From: the human T2T-CHM13v2.0 reference genome, Homo sapiens
Strand: one strand, 5' to 3'
NCBI RefSeq assembly: GCF_009914755.1
Contig: NC_060945.1
Length of the DNA: 64,000 bases
Shown here: piece after piece, positions 53,601 to 64,000 of the stretch
Layout of the letters: each line of letters begins with the position of its first letter
Position numbering within the stretch: position 1 is the stretch's first letter
Notes under the pieces: model-generated
Databases searched by the model: none
Told to the model about the DNA's origin: nothing
What the model saw: the letters and a program-made list of their open reading frames with translations, nothing else
Made by a program: the position numbers and the translations under genes

Positions 53601-54060
53601 GTTCTGGAACCCTATCTGATGGAGAAATATTGAGACTGGAAGAGGAGTGTTGTGGAATCCTATGTGAGGTACAAACATTCAGGAACTCATAGCATTGTTC
53701 TGGAATCCTATGTGATTGAGAAACACTCAGAACCCAGTAGCAGTGTTCTGGAATCCTATGTGAGGACAATCATTCATACCACATCTTGGGTGTTCTGGAA
53801 TCTTAAGTGAGGGACAAACATTCAGACCACAGCAGCCGTGTTCTGGAATAAAATGTGAGGGACAAACATTCAGACCACAGCAAGATTGTTCTGGAATCCT
53901 ATGTGAAGGACAAACATTTAGACCCACATATCAGTGTTCTGTAATCGTACGTGAGGGACAAACACTCAGAACCCAGCAGCAGTGTTCTGGAATCCTGTCT
54001 GAGGGAGAAACATTCAGACCAGATCAGGAATGTTCTGGAATCCTAGGTGAGGGACAATCA
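20621..54060 (-). repeat. 48-bp satellite array (CER-like), orientation B (reverse complement of the left arm)
   Basis: From 20621 the sequence reads CCTATGTGAGGGACAAACATTCAGACC...GTGTTCTGGAAT with a 48-bp period. The peptide repeats swap strands in the ORF track at this point. Confidence 0.93.
40738..40938 (-). repeat. Perfect tandem duplication of a 95-bp dimer
   Basis: TGGAATCCGCTCTGAGGTAGAAACATTCAGACCAGAGCAGAAG...GTGAGTGCAAACACTCAGAAATCAGC occurs at 40741 and again at 40836. Confidence 0.9.
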
Positions 54061-54074
54061 GTGAGGGCGGTGGT

Positions 54075-54120
54075 GGATTCCAGAACAATGCTTCCTGTGT
54101 CTAAATGTTTTGCCCTCACA
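54075..54120 (+). repeat. Single isolated satellite monomer in orientation A at the array/L1 junction
   Basis: GGATTCCAGAACAATGCTTCCTGTGTCTAAATGTTTTGCCCTCACA lies between orientation-B sequence on both sides (…GTGAGGGACAATCA to 54060; ATCCTAAGTGAGGGA 54121-54135). Confidence 0.85.
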
Positions 54121-54132
54121 ATCCTAAGTGAG

Positions 54133-56285
54133 GGAGATTTTGGACTGAGTCGATGGTGTTTTCTATATATACAATCATGTCATCTGCAAACAGGGACAAT
54201 TTGAATTCCTCTTTTCCCAATTGAATGCCCTTTATTTCCTTCTCCTGCCTAATTCCCCTGGCCAGAACTTCCAACACTATGTTGTATGGGAGTGGTGAGA
54301 GAGGACATCCCTGTTTTGTGCCAGTTTTCAAAGGGAATGCTTACAGTTTTTGCCTGTTCAGTATGATATTGGCTGTGGGTTTGTCATAGATAGCTCTTAT
54401 TATTTTGAGATACGTCCCATCAATATCTAATTTATTGAGAGTTTTTAGCATGAAGTGTTGTTGAATTTTGTCAAAGGCCTTTTCTACATCTATTGATATG
54501 ATCATGTGGTTTTTGTCTTTGGTTCTGTTCATATGCTGGATTACGTTTATTGATTTGCATATATTGAGCCAGGCTTGCATCCCAGGGATGAAGCCCACTT
54601 GATCATGGTGGATAAGCTTTTTAATGTGTTGCTGGATTCGGTTTGCCAGTATTTTGTTGAGGATTTTTGCATCAAAGTTCATCAAGAATATTGGTCTAAA
54701 ATTGTCTTTTTTTGTTGTGTCTCTGTCAGACTTTCGTGTCAGGATGGTGTTGGCCTCATAAAATAAGTTAGGGAGGATTCTGTCTTTCTATTGGTTGGAA
54801 TAGCGTCAGAAGGAATGGTACCAGCTCCTCCTTGTACCTCTGGTACAATTCGGCTGTGAATCCATCTGCTTCTGGACTTTTTTTGATTGGTAAGTTATTA
54901 ATTACTTCCTCAACTTCAGAGTCTGTTACTGGTCTATTCAGAGATTCAACTTCTTCCTGGTTTAGTCTTGGGAGGGTGTATGTGTCGAGGAATTTATCCA
55001 TTTCTTCTAGATTTTCTAGTTTATTTACGTAGTGGTGTTTATAGTATTCTCTGATGGTAGTTTGTATGTCTGTGGGATCAGTGGTGATATCCCCTTTATC
55101 AATTTTTATTGCGTCTATTTGATTCTTCTCTCTTTTCTTCTTTGTTAGTCTTGCCAGTGGTCTATCAATTTTGTTGATCTTTTCAAAAAACCAGCTCCTG
55201 GACTCATTAATTTTTTGAGGGGTTTTTTGTGTCTCTATTTCCTTCAGTTCTGCTCTGATCTTAGTTATCTCTTGCCTTCTGCTAGCTTTTGAATGTGTTT
55301 GCTCTTGCTTCTCTATTTCTTTTAATTGTGATGTTAGGGTGTCAATTTTAGATTTTTCCTGCTTTCTCTTGTGTTCATTTAGTGCTATAAATTTCCCTCT
55401 ACACGCTGCTTTGAATGTGTCCCAGAGATTCTGGTATGTTGTGTATCTGTCCTCGTTGGTTTCAAAAAACAGCTTTATTTCTGCCTTCATTTCGTTATGT
55501 ACCTAATAGTCATTTCGGAGCCGGCTGTTAAGTTTCCATGTAGCTGAGCGGTTTTGAGTGAGTTTCTTAATCCTGAGTTCTAGTTTGATTGCACTGTGAT
55601 CTGAGAGACAGTTTGTTATAATTTCTGTTCTTTTACATTTGCTGAGGAGTGCTTTACTTCCAACTATGTGGTCCATTTTGGAATAGTTGTGGTGTGGTGC
55701 TGAAAAACATGTATATTCTGTTGATTTGGGGAGGAGAGTTCTGTAGATGTCTGTTAGGTCTGCTTGGTGCAGAGCTGAGTTCAATTCCTGGATATCCTTG
55801 TTAAATTTCTGTCTCACTGATCTGTCTAATGTTGACAGTGGGGTGTTAAAGTCTCCCGTTATTATTGTGTGGGAGTCTACGTCTCTTTGTAGGTCACTAA
55901 GGACTTGCTCCATGAATCTGGGTGCTCTTGTATTGGGTGCATGTATATTTAGGATAGTTTTCTCTTCTTGTTGAATTGATCCCTTTACCATTATGTAATG
56001 GCCTTCTTTGTCTCTTTTGATCTTTGTTGGTTTAAAGTCTGTTTTATCCAAGACTGGGATTGCAACCCCTGCCTTATTCTGTTTTCCATTTGCTTCGTAG
56101 ATCTTCCTCCATCCCTTTATTTTGAGCCTATGTGTGTCTCTGCACGTGAGATGGGTTTCCTGAATACAGCACACTGATGAGTCTTGACTCTTTATCCAAT
56201 TTGCCAGTCTGTGTCTTTTAATTGGAGCATTTAGGCCATTTACATTTAAGGTTCATATTGTTATGTGTGAATTTGATCCTGTTAT
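54133..56285 (-). pseudogene. L1 ORF2 (endonuclease + Z region + N-terminal RT), disrupted and truncated
   Basis: APE-endonuclease motifs CCIQETHL, GDFNTPL and SDHSAI; RT motifs [17 protein letters not shown] and LFADDMIVY. The start ATG is mutated to ATA (56283-56285). Nonsense codons lie at 55503-55505 and 54341-54343, and the frame breaks near 54770. Confidence 0.95.
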
Positions 56286-56348
56286 TACTATGTCAGCTGG
56301 TTATTTTGCTCGTTAGTTGATGCAGTTTCTTCCTAGCCTTAATGGTCT

Positions 56349-57364
56349 TTGCAATTTGGCATGTTTTTGCAGTGGCTGGTACCAATTTTTCCTTTCCACG
56401 TTTAGTACTTCCTTCAGGAGCTCTTTTAGGGCAGGCCTGGTGGTGACAAAATCTCTCAACATTTGCTTGTCTGTAAAGTATTTTATTTCTCCTTCACTGA
56501 TGAAGCTTGTTTGACTGGATATGAAATTCTGGGTTGAAATTTTTTTTCTTTAAGAATGTTGAATATTGGCCCCCACTCTCTTCTGGCTTGTAGAGTTTCT
56601 GCTGAGATGTCTGCTGTTAGTGTGATTGGTTTCCCTTTGTGGTTAACCCGACCTTTCCCTCTGGCTGCCCTTAACATTTTTTCCTTCATTTCAACTTTGG
56701 TGAATCTGACAATTATGTGTCTTGGAGTTGCTCTTCTCGAGGATTATTTTTGTGGCATTCTCTGCATTTCCTGAATTTGAGTGTTGGCCTGCATTGCTAG
56801 ATTGGGAAAGTTCTCCTGGATAATATACTGCAGAGTGATTTCCAACTTGGTTCCATTCTCCCCGTCACTTTCAGGTACACCAATCAGACCTACATTTGGT
56901 CTTTTCACATAGTACCATATTTCTTGGAGGATTTGTTCATTTCTTTTTTTTCATTTTTCTCTAAACATTTCTTCTCACTTCACTTCATTCATTTCATCTT
57001 CCATTGCTGATACCCTTTCTTCCAGGTGATCTCATTGGCTACTGAGGCTTGTGCATTTGTCACGTATTTCTCGTGCCACGGTTTTCAGCTCCATCAGGTC
57101 CTTTAAGGACTTCTCTGCTTTGGTTATTCTAGTGAGCCATTCGTCTAATTTTTTTTCAAGGTTTTTAACTTCTTTGCCATTCATTCGAACTTCCGCCTTT
57201 AGCTTGGAGTACTTTGATCTTCTGAAGCCTTCTTGTCTCAACTTGTCAAAGTCATTCTCCATCCAGCTTTGTTCCATTGCTGGTGAGGAGCTGTGTTCCT
57301 TTGGAGGAGGAGAGGCGCTCTGATTTTTAGAGTTTCCAGTTTCTCTGCTCTATTTTTTCCCCAT
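56349..57364 (-). pseudogene. L1 ORF1 (RNA-binding chaperone), disrupted
   Basis: Starts ATG GGG AAA AAA TAG, with a stop at codon 5 (57350-57352). Surviving fragments include EQSWMENDFDKLR..., KEKMLRAAR and LQARREWGPIFNILKEK. The normal stop position (56349-56351) reads CAA. Confidence 0.93.
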
Positions 57365-57938
57365 CTTTGTGGTTTTATCTACCTTTGGTCTTTGATGATG
57401 GTGATGTACAGATCGGTTTTTGGTGTGGATGTCCTTTCTGTTTGTTAGTTTTCCTTCTAACATTCAGGACCCTCAGCTGCAGGTCTGTTGGAGTTTGCTG
57501 GAGGTCCACTCCAGACCCTATTTGCCTGGGTATCAGCAGCAGTGGCTTCAGAACAGCAGATATTAGTGAACCGCAAATGCTGCTGCCTGATCATTCCTCT
57601 GGAAGTTTTGTCTCAGAGGAGTACCCTGCCATGTGAGGTGTCAGTCCGCCCTTACTGGGGGGTGCCTCCCACTTAGGCTACTCGGGGTTCAGGGACCCAC
57701 TTGAGGAGACAGTCTGCCCATTCTCAGATCTCAAGCTGCATGCTGGGAGAACCACTACTCTCTTCAAAGCTGTCAGACAGGGACATTTAAGTCTGCAGAG
57801 GTTACTGCTGCCTTTTGTTTGTCTGTGCCCTGCCCCCAGAGGTGGAGCCTACAGAAGCAGGCAGGCCTCCTTGAGCTGTGGTGGGCTCCAACCAATTCGA
57901 GCTTCCCAGCTGCTGTTTTACATACTGAATCCTCGGCA

Positions 57939-58155
57939 ATGGCGGGCATCCCTCCCACAGCCTTGCTGCTGCCTTGCAGTTTGATCTCTGACTGCTGCAC
58001 TAGCAATGAGTGAGTCTCCATGGGCATCGGACCTTCCGAGCCAAGTGCAGGATGTAATCTCCTGGTATGCCGTTTGTTAAGCCCATTGGAAAAGCGCAGT
58101 ATTAGAGTGGGAGTGACCTGATTTTCCAGGCGCTGTCTGTCACCCTTTTCTTTGA
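57939..58155 (+). pseudogene. L1 antisense ORF0 remnant
   Basis: The ATG at 57939 gives MAGIPPTALLLPCSLISDCCTSNE*, close to the recalled ORF0 N-terminus MAGAPPPASLPPCSLISDCCASNQR. A premature TGA lies at 58011-58013. Confidence 0.8.
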
Positions 58156-58371
58156 CTAGGAAAGGGAATTCCCTGACCCCTTGCACTTCCTGGGTGAGGC
58201 AATGCCTCACCCTACTTTGGTTCATGCACAGTGCTCTGCACCCACTGTCCTGCACCCACTGTCCAGCACTCCCCAGTGAGATGAACCCAGTACCTCAGTT
58301 GGAAATGCAGAAATCACCCATCTTCTGCATCGCTCACTCTGGGAGCTGTAGACTGGAGCTGTACCTATACA

Positions 58372-58380
58372 GCCATCTTG
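58372..58380 (-). promoter_or_regulatory. YY1 site of the L1 5' end
   Basis: GCCATCTTG on + is CAAGATGGC on -, at the canonical position ~10-20 nt from the L1 5' end. Confidence 0.75.
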
Positions 58381-58480
58381 ACTAATTCCCTCATAACTGT
58401 CAAATATTGTATTAGGAAAAAAAATTAAGAGTATGTCTTCCATGCTCAGGTACCCTGTTTGAAATTAGTTAAGACCTATC

Positions 58481-58771
58481 TGCCCGGTGTGGTGGCTAAC
58501 ACCTGTAATTTCACACTTTGAAAGGTGGAGGATGGGGGATCACTTGAGCTCAGGAGTTAAAGACAAGCCTGCTCAACGTAACAAAACCTCATCTCTGCCA
58601 AAAATACAAATATTATCCAGTTGTGGTAGTGTGCAACTGTGGTCCCAGCTACTTGGGAGGCTGAGGTGGGAGAATCGCTGGAGCACAGAATATCAAAGCT
58701 GTAGTAAGCCACAGCACCCCAGCCAGAATGACAGGGAAACGGACCCTGTCTAAGAAATAAAAATAAATAAA
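58481..58771 (+). mobile_element. Alu, old AluJ-type, diverged, with a small internal deletion in the right arm
   Basis: Dimeric Alu with GGATCACTTGAGCTCAGGAGTT, central AAAAATACAAA linker, GACCCTGTCT end and A-rich tail. About 11 bp are missing between AAGCC and ACAGCAC near 58710. Confidence 0.88.
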
Positions 58772-58973
58772 GCGACCCATTCTTTCAGACACCCTTCTTC
58801 TTCTACATAAAACACGGGGCTTTTGACTGAAATGTTTTAAGATGAACCGAAGATTCTCCCATGATCAAGAGCAGTAGATAGGGGTTGCTCACTTCCTGCT
58901 CTTTGAGTTGAAGCAAGGCAGAGGCCTGGAGACTCAAACTGATAAATATATTCATTGCCTTCTTTTCATATGT

Positions 58974-59356
58974 TGTATTAAGCTATTATTGCGTTGCTAT
59001 TTCAAAAATCTGAGTCTGGGTAATGTGTAAGAAAAGGGTTTGATTGGCTCATGGTTATGCAGGCTGTACAGGAAGCATAGCACCAGCGTCGGCCTCTGGG
59101 AAGGCCTCGGGAAGCTTACAATTATGATGAAAGAAGAGCAGGCATCTCACATGATAGAAGCAGGAGCAAGAAAAATGAGGGAGGGATGGGCCATACTTCT
59201 AAACAACCAGATCTCATGAGTACTCACTATCACAAGGATGGCACAGAGCCATGAGGGCCACACCCCATGATTCAACCACCTCTTCCTCAGACCCCACCTG
59301 CCACATTGGGGATTAAAATTCAATATGAGAGTTAGAGGGGCATCTAAACTACATCA
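58974..59356 (-). mobile_element. Solo MaLR LTR, MST-type (MSTA/MSTB-like)
   Basis: Begins TGTATTA and ends AAACTACATCA. Internal matches to the recalled MST consensus: CTGGGTAAT, ATTGGCTCATGG..CAGGCTGTACAGGAAGCAT, GGAAGCTTACAAT, AAACAACCAGATCTCATGAG.ACTCACTATCAC, TTGGGGATTA.AATTCAA.ATGAGA. Confidence 0.85.
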
Positions 59357-59629
59357 CATGACCATCAGAAAAACAGATGAAGAATTCATGGTTTCTACTG
59401 TCCAGAAACTTTCCATCTAGTACAAACGGCTTAATGGCTGAATTCAGCATCCTGTGGTGGGACGGGAGAAGGGAGCTGCACAGGGGACTTTGGCTGCATT
59501 TGCTCCACTTCCCTTATGCTGTTCCTCTGAGTTCTGATGTCACCACCTGAAGGGCTATTCATGGACAGAAGAATTATTGTTATTGTTGTGGTTATTTCTG
59601 TTTCTTTTATTTTGGTAAAAATAAGTTTT

Positions 59630-59926
59630 GTTTTTTTTTTTTTTTTGAGACAGAGTCTCACTCTGTCGCCCAGGCTGGAGTGCAGTGGCACAATATCAAC
59701 TCACCACAAGCTCCGCCTCCCAGGCTGATGCCATTCTCCTGCCTCAGCCTCCCAAGTAGCTGAGACGACAGGCACCGACAACCACACCCAGCTAATTTTT
59801 TGTATTTTTAGTAGAGACGGGGTTTCACCATGTTAGCCAGGATAGTCTTGATTTCCTGACCTCGTGATTCGCCTGCCTTGGCCTCCCAACATACTCGGAT
59901 TACAGGCATGAGCCACTGCGTCTGGC
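59630..59926 (-). mobile_element. AluY-type element with candidate target-site duplication
   Basis: Poly(T) at 59631-59646 is followed by a reverse-complement Alu with AluY-like AAGCTCCGCCTCC, GCCATTCTCCTG and GTTAGCCAGGAT. Flanks ATAAGTTTT (59621-59629) and ATGAGTTTT (59927-59935) match at 8/9. Confidence 0.9.
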
Positions 59927-60218
59927 ATGAGTTTTTAGCTTCTCATATAATTATCCTAAAAAATCCTAAGAGTTTTACTTAAGTTTCTTTTTATCATGTG
60001 TTATAAAAATTGACAGGGAAGTGGCTAAACCAGATTAAAATTACACAAGCTCTAAGAGTCAAGTCTCTGTTAGGCAGGCTTAGGAAAGACAGAACTGGAA
60101 ATACTCCACCAGCATGGACATCTGAAACATGGGGTCCACTTTCTGTTCCAGCCCTGCCCAGATCCACCCTCTTCTATGGCTTCACCCAGGTCTGGCCTCA
60201 CCCTAGAATCTTTTCTCA

Positions 60219-60319
60219 CAGAACTGATTCAAGGAGATCAGAGATTTGGGCGGGGGCTCCTGCTGCCTCAGAACTGATTAAAGGAGACCAGAGATTCGGG
60301 CGGGGGCTCCTGCTGCCTC
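60219..60319 (+). repeat. 50-bp direct tandem duplication, each copy containing a GC box
   Basis: CAGAACTGATT(C/A)AAGGAGA(T/C)CAGAGATT(T/C)GGGCGGGGGCTCCTGCTGCCT at 60219 and 60269, with 3 mismatches. Confidence 0.92.
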
Positions 60320-60689
60320 CTGAGTTGGTGCCCACAATTTCCTAAAGTGGAAAAGCAGATAAATGGAAGAAAATCATTGCATATTTGGGGACCATAATTT
60401 CTTTTCTATTGAAGCCAGTGCTTCTAGAGGCATCCTATCTAGCAACTTGTTTTCCATTCTTGCAAATCCAGTGGCTGCTACACAAGGCACAGAAAGTAAA
60501 TATAAATATAAAACATCTCTCTGAACAGTTCACCCTTTTTTCTCTATCCCTTGCATCTGTCGACATAGCTTTTATTCTGCACATTTTGTTTTTCAGGTAA
60601 ATACTTTTTAAAATGGAAGAAAAAATAGAAATGCTAGGCCTGTCATTTAAATCCTGAAAATTACAGAAAACTTAGCACCCAGCTGCCAG

Positions 60690-60787
60690 TGTGCTATGAG
60701 GACTAACTCACATCATGTAATATTTCCTGAACAGTGCTCTGTAACAGACTTCTGAACACATAGTACGTGCTCAATAAAGATTGTATT
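60690..60787 (+). mobile_element. MIR (or L2) 3'-end remnant
   Basis: TATGAGGACTAA...ACAGTGC...CACATAGTACGTGCTCAATAAA resembles the MIR tail GTGAGGATTAAA...CACATAGTAAGCGCTCAATAAA. Highly diverged. Confidence 0.5.
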
Positions 60788-61019
60788 AACTCATGTGTAC
60801 ATGTTTTCCAAATGCAGACTTACTCAAACATTGGTGCCTTCTCTAGGCTTTCTAAACTGTAAAGAGCCAGCAGAAAATGACATGTTTGAAAAAGGTGATT
60901 GGTGGTTTCCACTTTGGGCCAAAAGTACTTGTGTTGTGGTAAGAGTGTTGGGTGTCATGAGCTCTGTGCTGTGCCTACTTTCGCTAGCTGAGTGCTACTA
61001 TATTGGATGTAGTGGAAGA

Positions 61020-61460
<441 letters not shown>

Positions 61461-61610
61461 GAAACTTGAGAGGCAATGCTTAGCTAAGTGGCTCTCGGCC
61501 CATGCTTCCAGCCATAATCATATGGCCAGCTTAAAGAAATACCATCACCTGTGCCCTCCCCAGAGACTCTGTCTATTGGTCTTGGTGGGATCCTCTATGT
61601 GGTTGTAATT

Positions 61611-63972
<2,362 letters not shown>

Positions 63973-64000
63973 TTAGATTAGGCAAAAAAATTTTTAATAA

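Larger units (their letters stand above)
54133..58390 (-). mobile_element. LINE-1, L1PA-type (probably ~L1PA3-L1PA6), 5'-complete and 3'-truncated, inactive
   Basis: The canonical L1 5' end (rc of CAAGATGGC..AGCTCCAGTCTACAGCTCCCAG) is at 58340-58390. It is followed by a ~1025-bp 5'UTR, ORF1, a 63-bp spacer and ORF2 up to just past FADD. No 3'UTR or poly(A) is present. Confidence 0.96.
57365..58390 (-). promoter_or_regulatory. L1 5'UTR internal sense/antisense promoter region (CpG-decayed)
   Basis: Lies between the L1 5' terminus and the ORF1 ATG and matches the recalled L1PA 5'UTR, with many CpG>TpG/CpA changes. Activity cannot be judged from sequence. Confidence 0.85.

Noticed and set aside
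168-53927. Hundreds of ORFs encoding Cys/His-rich (HRIPEHCCCGLNVCPS) or Ser-rich (RDKHSDHSRSVLESYV) repeat proteins, up to 287 aa (42421-43284)
   Set aside because: A 48-bp unit is 16 codons and its consensus is stop-free in these frames on both strands. ORFs begin and end at random mutations, often use non-ATG starts, and swap strand at the inversion. The spacing does not fit C2H2 zinc fingers and there is no gene structure.
1-54060. CRISPR-like array (constant GGATTCCAGAACAC core with variable intervening sequence)
   Set aside because: The variable parts are mutated versions of one another rather than unique spacers. There are no cas genes, and the context is primate Alu/L1 DNA.
1-54060. 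Alpha satellite, CENP-B boxes, HSat2/3 or beta satellite
   Set aside because: The period is 48 bp, not 171, 5 or 68 bp. I saw no CENP-B box or (CATTC)n runs.
1-54060. STAT (GAS) sites in TTCCAGAA / TTCTGGAA
   Set aside because: The spacing is TTC-N2-GAA, whereas canonical GAS needs N3 (N4 for STAT6). The geometry fits HSE better.
54116-57364. An active reverse-transcriptase system associated with the repeat array
   Set aside because: This is a standard dead LINE-1: ORF1 has a stop at codon 5, the ORF2 start is lost, there are several stops, and the RT domain is truncated.
58470-58785. Target-site duplication for the AluJ (AAGACCTATC vs AAGCGACCCATTC)
   Set aside because: Too degenerate to call.

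Overview
This is primate (human or great-ape-like) pericentromeric-type DNA, not microbial, and it contains no intact protein-coding gene. Positions 1-54060 are one long, diverged tandem array of a 48-bp satellite (monomer ~GGATTCCAGAACACTGCTGCTGTGGTCTGAATGTTTGTCCCTCACATA), which I recognise as CER/D22Z3-type 48-bp centromeric repeat. The array flips orientation at 20620/20621. It is layered into domains with different monomer variants and diverged higher-order units (912 bp, ~3.2-4.1 kb, ~1-2.4 kb), and it holds several small recent perfect duplications. At ~54060-54137 a complex junction with two further orientation switches and microhomology joins the satellite to a minus-strand L1PA-type LINE-1. 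That L1 has a complete 5' end but is cut at its 3' side just after the RT FADD motif. The last ~5.6 kb is ordinary repeat-rich DNA: AluJ, an MST-type MaLR LTR, AluY, two AluS, an old L1PB-type 3' fragment, MIR and MER5-like remnants, and two short tandem duplications. The hundreds of ORFs in the satellite are artefacts of the 48 bp = 16 codon period. I see no evidence for a new gene system. The most notable observations are the structural junctions, the hidden higher-order organisation of the satellite, and the heat-shock-element-like motif built into the monomer. Family and subfamily names come from recalled consensus sequences, not from a database search.
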